From Candidatus Zixiibacteriota bacterium (GTDB lineage Bacteria > RBG-13-66-14 > B26-G2 > WVWN01): DNA of 64,000 bases. The position numbers were made by a program, and so were the translations under genes. The notes below the pieces were generated by a model, which saw only the letters and a program-made list of their open reading frames with translations, was not told where the DNA came from and did no database searches. Positions 51,653 through 59,359 of this stretch are shown here, one piece after another; the stretch's first letter is position 1, and each line of letters starts with the position of its first letter. Location of the stretch: contig JASFLY010000006.1 of assembly GCA_050117845.1 (NCBI GenBank), positions 1 through 64,000 on the forward strand, given 5' to 3'.

Positions 51653-51898
51653 TAAAGCACCGCCCGCTGAAGAAGGATTCGCAGGGTTTTTACTTCGTAT
51701 TTAGGGAGTCGTTTTGGGTATACGCGCCGCCGGCTGAAGCCGGCGGTTAGTGCTGCGCGGATAAAGCACCGCCCGCTGAAGAAGGAATCGCAGGGTTTTC
51801 ACCTTATACTAAACGAGTCGTTTTGGGTATACGCGCCGCCGGCTGAAGCCGGCGGTTAACGCTACGCGGATAACGCACCGCCCGCTGAAGCGGGCGGT
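51653..51898. repeat. 109-bp tandem repeat (2 units plus partial) of REP-like hairpins and copies of the Omp85 3' end
   Basis: Units start 51653, 51762, 51871 (TAA(A/C)GCACCGCCCGCTGAAG); hairpins at 51727-51746, 51836-51855, 51877-51898. Confidence 0.92.
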
Positions 51899-51900
51899 TT

Positions 51901-52509
51901 TTAAAACGAGAACGAAAGGCCGTATAGCGGGAGGGGCCGGCCGTCGGAGGCGACGGCGACGTCGACGTACGGCTCGAGGATAAGGCCGCGGTTCGCCTCG
52001 CCCGGCGCCGGGGCCTTCGTGGCTCTATGGTAAACGTACGTTACGAGGAAAGGTTTCGTTGCTACGTCGGCGATGAACAACCCGAGGTATAAATCGCCTT
52101 TGGACGTATCGCGGACGTTGCGGTGCGTTTTGTCGTACAGCAATCCGATCCCGCCGAGTAGCGCCGTTTCGCCGTAAGCGGCCAACGTCGCGTACCCGGT
52201 GGCTTCCAATCGGTTCGGCGCGCCGTCGCCGGCGGCCCGAGACCCCGCGTCGCACCCCAGGGCGGCGGCGAAGGGGTACGCGCCGAAGACGACGCCCGTA
52301 GCGTAAAGTCCTACCTCGACCTCGGCGGCCCAGCTTAACCCCGCAATCGCCCCGGCCAACAAGAAATCCACGGCCATGAACGCGTATGCGTCTCCTACGC
52401 CCGCGGCGAAGGTCTTTGGGGAAACGCCGAGCGCCGCGGACGGAAAGGTCGCGCCAAAGGAGACGGTTAATATCGCGGCAATCGTGACCGCTTTAAACGG
52501 CCTTGTCAT
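51901..52509 (-). CDS. Hypothetical membrane protein, beta-signal-tail family copy 3
   Basis: GGAGG RBS, signal peptide; ends LEPYV.....DGRPLPLYGLSFSF. Confidence 0.8.
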   Translation of the reverse strand: MTRPFKAVTIAAILTVSFGATFPSAALGVSPKTFAAGVGDAYAFMAVDFLLAGAIAGLSWAAEVEVGLYATGVVFGAYPFAAALGCDAGSRAAGDGAPNRLEATGYATLAAYGETALLGGIGLLYDKTHRNVRDTSKGDLYLGLFIADVATKPFLVTYVYHRATKAPAPGEANRGLILEPYVDVAVASDGRPLPLYGLSFSF

Positions 52510-52535
52510 ACCCTCCGCGCTTCGCTTATGTCATT

Positions 52536-53111
52536 TTAAAACGAAAATGTAAGGCCGTAGAGCGGGACGGGCCGGCCTCCTTCTCCGACGGCCGTCGCTA
52601 CGTACGGCTCCAGCGTCGGCCCGCGGCTCGTTCCAACGGCGGCCGGGGCGGGCTCCTTTACAATATTATATATCCACGCCGTTAAAAACGGTTTGGTAAC
52701 GGCGTCCACGGCCAGGCCGTAATTCCCGTAGCCTATAGCTATGCTCCCGGCCCAGAATATGCCCGACGCGCCGTAGGCGGCGACCGTCGGGATACCCCAG
52801 GACGCCAGCTTGTTGGCCGAAGGGCCGTCTACGGCCTCACCCATGGCGTAAACGCCCAAAGCTGTAAGCGCAGGGTAAGCGGCGATGATAACGCCGCCCA
52901 TGACCATGGGGCCGTTGGCCGGGTCGTCGTAATCGGTATTAAGATCCCCCAGAACGTAAATCCCTAAACCTCCGCCCAAGGCGGCGTAACCGCAAAGGGC
53001 TCCTATCCCCGCCTCGGCGAAGTAATCTCCCACCGAAACGGCGAAAGCCGCCGGCGCAGCCGTTAAGGCGCACGCGGCGACGATTACGAGAGTAGCGCAA
53101 AATCGGCTCAT
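52536..53111 (-). CDS. Hypothetical membrane protein, beta-signal-tail family copy 4
   Basis: ATG 53111 after GGAGGAGG; ends LEPYV.....GGRPVPLYGLTFSF. Confidence 0.82.
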   Translation of the reverse strand: MSRFCATLVIVAACALTAAPAAFAVSVGDYFAEAGIGALCGYAALGGGLGIYVLGDLNTDYDDPANGPMVMGGVIIAAYPALTALGVYAMGEAVDGPSANKLASWGIPTVAAYGASGIFWAGSIAIGYGNYGLAVDAVTKPFLTAWIYNIVKEPAPAAVGTSRGPTLEPYVATAVGEGGRPVPLYGLTFSF

Positions 53112-53254
53112 CTTCTCCTCCTCCTGGAATTCGAGCATACCCCTGCCAATACCGGAAATAATAAACCGGTGGAGTTTGTTTAACGGTAGCTCACTCCACC
53201 GGTGCCGCGCTAGGCTAACATAGTGAGGGCCCGCCGTCAAGTCCCGGGCAAAGG

Positions 53255-53280
53255 AAAAGCCGCCCGGAGGGCGGCTTTTT
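53255..53280 (-). terminator. Intrinsic terminator
   Basis: AAAAGCCGCCC-gga-GGGCGGCTTTT; near-identical copy at 54005-54030. Confidence 0.85.
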
Positions 53281-53295
53281 AGTCTTCATTTCTTG

Positions 53296-53919
53296 CTAGT
53301 GGTAGAGGGCTTTGACGCGGCCCATAGACGTCGGTTCGACGCTATCGTCGGTGGACCGGACGACGGCCCGGAGCATCCAGACTCCCATGCCGGTCGTGTC
53401 CCATCCGGAGTTCCAGTAATTCAGCCACGTGTGCTGTTCGGCGAAACCCCGGCCGTACCCTAAGCCGAAGTTATCGCATAACGGGTCGTCGTGGTGCTGT
53501 TCGAGCGCCACTACGAATTTCTCGCTAGGCAGGTCGAATTTCACCGGAAACTCGCACCACGTCGCCACGTACCGGTTTACCGTCCCGTAGCCGATAACCG
53601 ATTTCGGCGTTCCGTTCTCGGGCCAGATTATTTTACCGGGTTTACCGCCGGCCATGTCGAAAACGGCGAGGCGCATGCCGTCCCAGCGTTCATTCGAACC
53701 AATACCCAGGTTCGCGCGGACCTTCGTAAGCCGCCAACTCGACCCTTCAAGGGTGGAAGTGTCATAATCGATTCCGGCCCACGTATTCTCGCCTTTGCCG
53801 AAATGGCAGGTTCCGGAGAATACGCCGTTGTCCCAGCGGAGTACGTACTGGGCGCCGAACGACGAGGTTATTAGAACGAGGGATAAGGCGACGACGCCTA
53901 TTATGGAAAGTTTATTCAT
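53296..53919 (-). CDS. Secreted GRVKALY-tail protein 1 (divergent)
   Basis: Signal peptide, L.WDNG domain, ends VEPTSMGRVKALYH. Confidence 0.88.
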   Translation of the reverse strand: MNKLSIIGVVALSLVLITSSFGAQYVLRWDNGVFSGTCHFGKGENTWAGIDYDTSTLEGSSWRLTKVRANLGIGSNERWDGMRLAVFDMAGGKPGKIIWPENGTPKSVIGYGTVNRYVATWCEFPVKFDLPSEKFVVALEQHHDDPLCDNFGLGYGRGFAEQHTWLNYWNSGWDTTGMGVWMLRAVVRSTDDSVEPTSMGRVKALYH

Positions 53920-53971
53920 ACCCAATTCCTCCTCTGTTGAGGGGCACGTTATTTATGCCCCATTAATCATA

Positions 53972-54000
53972 ATTATACCGCGCCGAAGCCCCGTCGTCAA
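53972..54000 (-). promoter_or_regulatory. Sigma70 promoter
   Basis: TTGACG-17 nt-TATAAT. Confidence 0.85.
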
Positions 54001-54038
54001 TTTTAAAAGCCGCCCGGCGGGCGGCTTTTTGACAACGT

Positions 54039-54063
54039 AAAAAGGGAGCCTTGCGGCTCCCTT
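54039..54063 (-). terminator. Intrinsic terminator (GGGAGCC family)
   Basis: AAGGGAGCC-ttgc-GGCTCCCTT, T run on minus strand. Confidence 0.85.
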
Positions 54064-54089
54064 CGTTCGCGTATTAAATCCCTTGCCGA

Positions 54090-54794
54090 TTAGTAATAGA
54101 GCGCTTTGACCCGCCCTACGCTGGACGGCGTGATGCCCGGGAAGGTCTGGCCGTCTTCGATCCAAACGCGCAACATAAGGTTCTGGTAGGGATCGCCCGA
54201 CGTGGATAGTGGCGACCACGTTCCACCGTAGTATTTCCACGAGTGCCCTAAGGAACTATCGTTAGTGTCGACCGAGAACGGGTCGCAGTTGGGGTAGTTG
54301 TAATACTGGTGGAAGCCGGCGACGAATTTAACGACCGGGCAAACCCAGTCGATGTCGCACTCGACCCAAACGTGGCCGCTGGCGCCGCTGGGGATGAACA
54401 GGTAGCCGCTGCCGCCGCTGGTGGGCCAGAGCATTGATCCCGGCACGCCGCCGGAGTAACCGTAAAAGCCGATGCCGAAGCCGTCCCACGTCTGATTGGG
54501 CCAGGTGTCGCGGGTGTAGAATTTGAACTTCAAGATCTTCGCGTATTCGGTTTTTAGGGTCGAGACGTCGAAGTCGTTCCCGGCCCAGGAGCCCGCGCCG
54601 GTATACCACGCGATGCTCCACCGTCGCGTACCATTGTCCCAACCCAACTCGAGGGTGGACTGGTCGTACGTCGGCGTCATGTAACCGGGGGAAGGGGAGG
54701 TGTTGTAGCCGCTGCCGTCAACGACGACGTCGGCTGCCCAGGCCGAGGCGCAGATGAGGAGTACGCTTAAAGTACATAATATACTTTTACCCAT
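54090..54794 (-). CDS. Secreted GRVKALY-tail protein 2
   Basis: ATG 54794 after AAAGGAGG; signal peptide ending AWA; ends ITPSSVGRVKALYY. Confidence 0.9.
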   Translation of the reverse strand: MGKSILCTLSVLLICASAWAADVVVDGSGYNTSPSPGYMTPTYDQSTLELGWDNGTRRWSIAWYTGAGSWAGNDFDVSTLKTEYAKILKFKFYTRDTWPNQTWDGFGIGFYGYSGGVPGSMLWPTSGGSGYLFIPSGASGHVWVECDIDWVCPVVKFVAGFHQYYNYPNCDPFSVDTNDSSLGHSWKYYGGTWSPLSTSGDPYQNLMLRVWIEDGQTFPGITPSSVGRVKALYY

Positions 54795-54828
54795 ACACTT
54801 CCTCCTTTCGGTTTGGCTTACCGGTTGG

Positions 54829-54857
54829 ATTATAACCGTCCAAAGCCCCCGCGTCAA
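54829..54857 (-). promoter_or_regulatory. Sigma70 promoter
   Basis: TTGACG-17 nt-TATAAT. Confidence 0.85.
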
Positions 54858-54869
54858 GGTCGTATTAAT

Positions 54870-54896
54870 AAAAAAAGGGAGCCTTTCGGCTCCCTT
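54870..54896 (-). terminator. Intrinsic terminator (GGGAGCC family)
   Basis: AAGGGAGCC-tttc-GGCTCCCTT with long T run on minus strand. Confidence 0.85.
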
Positions 54897-54922
54897 CGTT
54901 TGCGTATTAAATTCCCTGCCGA

Positions 54923-55630
54923 TTAGTAATAGAGCGCTTTGACGCGGCCTATGCTGGACGGCGTAATACCCGGGAAGGTCTGGCCGTCTTCGATCCAAAC
55001 GCGTATCATCAGGTTGCGGTACGTCGGGTCACTCGTGCGTTCGTACGGTGCCCACGTGCCGCCGTAGTATTTCCAGGAGTGCTCCATGAACGTCGTGTTA
55101 GTATCCAGAGCGAAGGGGTCACAGTTGGGGTAGTTATAGTACTGGTGCTCGGCCGCGACGAACTTGACGGAGGGGCAAACCCAGTCGATGTCGCACTCGA
55201 CCCAGACGTGGCCGCTGGCGCCGCTGGGGACGAAGATGTAGCCGCTGCCGCCGCTGGTGGGCCAGAGCATCGAGCCCGGCACGCCGCCGCTGAAACCGTA
55301 GAAGCCGATGCCGAACCCGTCCCACGTCTGGTTGGGCCAGTTGTCCCGGGTGTAGATCTTGAACTTGAGGATCTTGGCGTACTCGGTTTTAAGGGTCGAG
55401 ATGTCGAAGTCGTTGCCGACCCAGGAACCCGCGCCGGTGTACCACGCGATACTCCACCGCCGCGAACCGTTGTCCCAACCCATCTCGAGGGTGGACTGGT
55501 CGTACGTCGGCGCCATGTAACCCGGCGAGGGGGAGGCGCTGTAGCCGCTGTCGTCAACGGCGACGTCGGCCGCCCAGGCCGAGGCGCAGATGAGGAGCGC
55601 GCTTAAAAAACACAGTGTACTTTTATTCAT
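54923..55630 (-). CDS. Secreted GRVKALY-tail protein 3
   Basis: AAGGAGG RBS; close paralogue of neighbours; ends ITPSSIGRVKALYY. Confidence 0.9.
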   Translation of the reverse strand: MNKSTLCFLSALLICASAWAADVAVDDSGYSASPSPGYMAPTYDQSTLEMGWDNGSRRWSIAWYTGAGSWVGNDFDISTLKTEYAKILKFKIYTRDNWPNQTWDGFGIGFYGFSGGVPGSMLWPTSGGSGYIFVPSGASGHVWVECDIDWVCPSVKFVAAEHQYYNYPNCDPFALDTNTTFMEHSWKYYGGTWAPYERTSDPTYRNLMIRVWIEDGQTFPGITPSSIGRVKALYY

Positions 55631-55664
55631 TTATTTCCTCCTTATGACAGATATTTAGGAGCGG

Positions 55665-55693
55665 ATTATAACCGCAAAAGACCCCGGCGTCAA
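55665..55693 (-). promoter_or_regulatory. Sigma70 promoter
   Basis: TTGACG-17 nt-TATAAT. Confidence 0.85.
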
Positions 55694-55708
55694 GGTCGAA
55701 ATTATAGG

Positions 55709-55733
55709 AAAAGGGAGCCGTTACGGCTCCCTT
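55709..55733 (-). terminator. Intrinsic terminator (GGGAGCC family)
   Basis: AAGGGAGCCG-tta-CGGCTCCCTT. Confidence 0.85.
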
Positions 55734-55760
55734 CGTTCGCGCAGTAAATCTTCTCGCTTA

Positions 55761-56474
55761 TTAGTAATATAGCGCTTTGACCCGGCCTATGCTGGAGGGC
55801 GCGATGCCCGGAAAAGTCTGGCCGTCTTCCACCCATACCCGGACCATCAGGTTGAAGTACGGGTCGATTTCGGTGCTGGCGCTGGAAAGCGGGCTCCACG
55901 AACCGCCGTAATACTGCCACGAGTGGTTGAGGAACGTCTCGTTGGTGTCGACGCCCCACGGGTCGCAGTTCGGCCAATTGTAGTACTGGTGCTGGGCCGC
56001 CACGAACTTCACGGACGGACAAACCCAGTCCACGTCGCACTCGACCCAAACGTGGCCGCTGGCGCCGCTGGGGACGAAGATGTAACCGCTACCGCCGCTG
56101 GTGGGCCAGAGCATCGAGCCCGGCACGCCGCCGGAGAAGCCGTAGAAGCCGAAGCCGAAACCGTCCCATTGCGTGTTGGGCCAGTTGTCTCGGGTGTACA
56201 TCTTGAACTTCAGGATCTTGACGTATTCAGTCTTGAGGGTGGATATGTCGAAGTCGTTACCGACCCAGGACCCGGCGCCGGTATACCACGCCACGCTCCA
56301 CCGTCGCGAACCGTTGTCCCAACCCAACTCGAGGGTGGACTGGTCGTACGTCGGAGCCATGTAACCCGGCGAGGGGGAGGCGCAGTAGCCGCTGTCGTCA
56401 ACGGCGACGTCGGCCGCCCAGGCCGAGGCGCATATCGTAAGCGCGCTGATGACGATTAGAATCCGTTTTATCAC
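55761..56474 (-). CDS. Secreted GRVKALY-tail protein 4
   Basis: GTG 56474 after AAAGGAGGT; ends IAPSSIGRVKALYY. Confidence 0.9.
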   Translation of the reverse strand: MIKRILIVISALTICASAWAADVAVDDSGYCASPSPGYMAPTYDQSTLELGWDNGSRRWSVAWYTGAGSWVGNDFDISTLKTEYVKILKFKMYTRDNWPNTQWDGFGFGFYGFSGGVPGSMLWPTSGGSGYIFVPSGASGHVWVECDVDWVCPSVKFVAAQHQYYNWPNCDPWGVDTNETFLNHSWQYYGGSWSPLSSASTEIDPYFNLMVRVWVEDGQTFPGIAPSSIGRVKALYY

Positions 56475-56505
56475 GTTGCACCTCCTTTCTACAAAACCGT
56501 GGGTG

Positions 56506-56534
56506 ATTCTAGCTTGGAGAGGCCGCGAAGTCAA
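56506..56534 (-). promoter_or_regulatory. Sigma70 promoter
   Basis: TTGACT-17 nt-TAGAAT. Confidence 0.8.
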
Positions 56535-56549
56535 GATTATTATAACGCG

Positions 56550-56577
56550 AAAAGGAGCCGGCAGTACGGCTCCTTTT
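56550..56577 (-). terminator. Intrinsic terminator (GGAGCC family)
   Basis: AAAAGGAGCCG-gcagta-CGGCTCCTTTT. Confidence 0.85.
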
Positions 56578-56594
56578 ATCGGGTTTAACGGCAT

Positions 56595-57299
56595 TTAATA
56601 GTAGAGCGCTTTAACGCGGCCTATGCTGGAGGGCGCTATGCCGGGAAAAGTCTGGCCGGTCTCGATGAGAACGCGGATCATGACGTTTCGGTAGGGCGTG
56701 AGATTCGAGTACTCCTGGTGCAGGCTCCATGCGCCGGACCGGTATTCCCAGGAGTGTTCCAGGAAAGTAGGATTGGTATCCAACGTGTAGGGGTCGCAGT
56801 TGGGTTCGTTGTAATACTGGTGCTCGGCCGCGACGAACTTGACCGAGGGGCAAACCCAGTCGACGTCGCATTCGACCCAAACGTGGCCGGTGACCCCGCT
56901 GGGGACGAACAGGTAACCGCTGCCGCCGCTCGTGGGCCAGAGCATGGAACCGGGGACGCCGCCGCTAAAGCTGTAGAAGCCGATGCCGAAACCGTCCCAG
57001 GACGTGTTGGGCCAGGTGTCGCGGGTGTAAAATTTAAATTTCAGGATTTTGGCGTATTCGGTTTTAAGGGTAGATACGTCGAAATCGTTTCCGACCCAGG
57101 CTCCCGCGCCGGTATCCCAGTGGACGCTCCAACGCCGGCTGCCGTTGTCCCAGGCCAGCTCGAGAGTGGATTGGTCGTACGTCGGCGCCATGTAACCCGG
57201 CCCCGGGGTAGCGTCGTAATCGTTACCGTCCACCGCCATATCAGAAGCGTGGACGAGCGCGGCGGCAAACAATACTACGGCTAAAATCGCATTCTTCAT
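56595..57299 (-). CDS. Secreted GRVKALY-tail protein 5
   Basis: ATG 57299 after AAGGAGGT; ends IAPSSIGRVKALYY. Confidence 0.9.
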   Translation of the reverse strand: MKNAILAVVLFAAALVHASDMAVDGNDYDATPGPGYMAPTYDQSTLELAWDNGSRRWSVHWDTGAGAWVGNDFDVSTLKTEYAKILKFKFYTRDTWPNTSWDGFGIGFYSFSGGVPGSMLWPTSGGSGYLFVPSGVTGHVWVECDVDWVCPSVKFVAAEHQYYNEPNCDPYTLDTNPTFLEHSWEYRSGAWSLHQEYSNLTPYRNVMIRVLIETGQTFPGIAPSSIGRVKALYY

Positions 57300-57389
57300 A
57301 AGCGCCACCTCCTTTTCCTCCGTTGACGTTGCTTTAACTATAAGCGCTGCGGCCTTAATTCCCCGGGGTGACCCGGCACGGCCGCCCCG

Positions 57390-58100
57390 TTAATGGTACA
57401 GGGCCTTCACCCGGCCGAAGCTTGTGGGCGCGACCGCCGGATACTCCGCGAAACCGGTGACGCACATTCGAAGCATGAGGTTGCAATAGGGGTCCGCCTT
57501 CGTGTGCAGCCTTTTCCATTCGCCGGCGTACCACGACCAGGAGCGCTCCTGGTCCTTCAGGTTCGAATCGACGGCGAAGGGGTCGCAGTCGGGAGGATTG
57601 TATACCTGCTCCATCGCTGCTACGAGGTCCGTTTCGGTCGTGGCCCAGGCCACGGGGACGTCGATCCAGACGTGGCCCTTCGCCCCGGTCGGCGTAAAGA
57701 AGAACCCGGTCCCGGACGTCGGCCACAACATCGCCCCGGGGATTTCGTACTCTCGTATATATTCGAATATCCCGATGCGGAAACCGTCCCATTCGTCGTT
57801 GGGCGCTGACGTGGAGGAGAACACTTTGAGCTTGGTTATACGGTAATACGGGTTTATGCCCGCAATGTCCACCTCGAATTCGTTCCCGACCCAGGAATTC
57901 CTTCCGGTGTACCACCACACGAGATATTTCCATTCGCCGTTATCCGGGTAAAGTTCCCGGGAGCCGTCGGTGGGTGGTCCGCCGCAACCGAACCCGTTCC
58001 CCATTGTGGAGCGGGGCAGGACCTCCGTGTCGGCGGCCAGGGCCGGCCCCACGGCGAGCCCGATTATAAGAAGCCATCTAATTTTAATCGGTCCCTTCAT
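57390..58100 (-). CDS. Secreted GRVKALY-tail protein 6 (divergent)
   Basis: ATG 58100 gives signal peptide ending ALA; WVGNEF, GHVWID, CDPF.VD; ends VAPTSFGRVKALYH. Confidence 0.88.
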   Translation of the reverse strand: MKGPIKIRWLLIIGLAVGPALAADTEVLPRSTMGNGFGCGGPPTDGSRELYPDNGEWKYLVWWYTGRNSWVGNEFEVDIAGINPYYRITKLKVFSSTSAPNDEWDGFRIGIFEYIREYEIPGAMLWPTSGTGFFFTPTGAKGHVWIDVPVAWATTETDLVAAMEQVYNPPDCDPFAVDSNLKDQERSWSWYAGEWKRLHTKADPYCNLMLRMCVTGFAEYPAVAPTSFGRVKALYH

Positions 58101-58482
58101 CACCAACTCCCGCGCCCGCCGGCACGCAGTACCATATCCCGTCGATCCGGCGGACGATGAGGCGCCGTTTAACGGCGGGCGCGCCGGGGGCCAACCGCCG
58201 GGGGTAAGCCACGGTGAACTCGATTTCGTCCGGGCCGGCCTTCTCGCGGTCCCGAATCTCGGCCCGACCGTAATCGAGGCCGTCGCGTTCGTACTCACGG
58301 GCCAGGACTTCGGCGGCGTTCCCCGCGGGGACGTAGACGACGCGGGCCGCGCCGTCGAAGTCCATCGCGGCCATGTGGCCGTGATAGACCTCCACCGTTT
58401 CCTCGGGGGTGGCGGACCCGGCGCAGGCCAGCATCGTGGCCAGTACGGCCGGCCCCAGCGAACGGTTAAGCCGCGTTCTCAC
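58084..58482 (-). CDS. Hypothetical small lipoprotein
   Basis: Lipobox-like MLAC; TPEETV...DGIWY resembles NTF2-like DUF4878 pattern; overlaps lgt stop. Confidence 0.6.
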   Translation of the reverse strand: MRTRLNRSLGPAVLATMLACAGSATPEETVEVYHGHMAAMDFDGAARVVYVPAGNAAEVLAREYERDGLDYGRAEIRDREKAGPDEIEFTVAYPRRLAPGAPAVKRRLIVRRIDGIWYCVPAGAGVGDEGTD

Positions 58483-59236
58483 GTTCGGCTTTCCTCTGTT
58501 TACGCTCGAGCGCGGCGACGAGTATTATGCCGCCGACGAACATGGCGACGCTTACGAGCTGGGCCTCTGTAAGGCCCAGGAACGCCGGGTCGTTGGTCCG
58601 GATGAATTCTATGGGGAAACGCTCGACCCCGGCTAAAATTAAATATACGCCGAAGAGCCACCACGGCGGTTTTTTCAATCGGCCCAGGCGCATCAGAACG
58701 AAGAAAATCGCCAGGAAGAGGATTATCTCGTAAACGGGCGTCGGGTGCACGCGCTCGGTCGTCGGCACGATCCCGTCGGGGTAGGCCATAGCCCACGGGA
58801 GGTCGGACGGAATGCCGTAGTCGCCGTCGCCGGAGAGCTGGCAGCCGCACCGGCCGAAGACGTACCCGAGCGCCAGCGCCGGCGCGACCGCGTCCGCGTA
58901 GGGTCCCAGCGGCTGCTTCCTTAGCTTTAGTACCAAGATGACCGCCAGCGCTCCACCTAAAACGCCGCCGTACCAGGTGAAGCCGTAGCGCGACCAGATG
59001 AAGCCCCAGGGCCCCAGGACGAACGCATCCCAGTGCTCTATGATGAAATTCGCCCGGGCGCCGACGACGCCGCCGACGAGGCCGGCGATGAGTATGTCGG
59101 ACAAGAATTTATCGGGCAGGCCCCGGCGTTTCACTTCGGCCCGGAAAACGATAAAGGCCGCGAGGAAGGCGAGCGCGGCCATTAGGCCGAAGGTCCCTAT
59201 CTCGAAGTCTCCGATTTTAATGAGCGTTGGCCACAT
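58466..59236 (-). CDS. lgt: Prolipoprotein diacylglyceryl transferase
   Basis: GAR, GFTWYGG, GRCGC..SGD..YG, HPTPVYE, RF.IEFIR. Confidence 0.93.
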   Translation of the reverse strand: MWPTLIKIGDFEIGTFGLMAALAFLAAFIVFRAEVKRRGLPDKFLSDILIAGLVGGVVGARANFIIEHWDAFVLGPWGFIWSRYGFTWYGGVLGGALAVILVLKLRKQPLGPYADAVAPALALGYVFGRCGCQLSGDGDYGIPSDLPWAMAYPDGIVPTTERVHPTPVYEIILFLAIFFVLMRLGRLKKPPWWLFGVYLILAGVERFPIEFIRTNDPAFLGLTEAQLVSVAMFVGGIILVAALERKQRKAERENAA

Positions 59237-59243
59237 GGCCCGC

Positions 59244-59272
59244 ATATTAACATGGAATATATAGTATGACAA
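59244..59272 (-). promoter_or_regulatory. Sigma70 promoter of lgt, probably leaderless
   Basis: TTGTCA-17 nt-TAATAT with TGn; ATG 59236 is 7 nt downstream. Confidence 0.7.
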
Positions 59273-59359
59273 GATGCCGTGGTGCGGCCGAACGTTTTTC
59301 CCTCTTAACGTCGGGGCCTTTTTATGTCAAAATTGGTCCGGTTTGGAGTGGGTCCCGTT

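Noticed and set aside
50535..51704. 389 aa alternative-frame ORF over the Omp85 gene
   Set aside because: Arg/Pro/Gly-rich off-frame translation; the 50542 frame has the signal peptide and barrel motifs.
51653..51898. CRISPR array
   Set aside because: 109-bp period, only about two units, the intervening parts are homologous to each other and to the adjacent gene, and no cas genes are present.
51592..57299. Diversity-generating retroelement acting on the Omp85 tail or GRVKALY paralogues
   Set aside because: Differences between copies are not adenine-specific, include indels, and there is no reverse transcriptase in the window.
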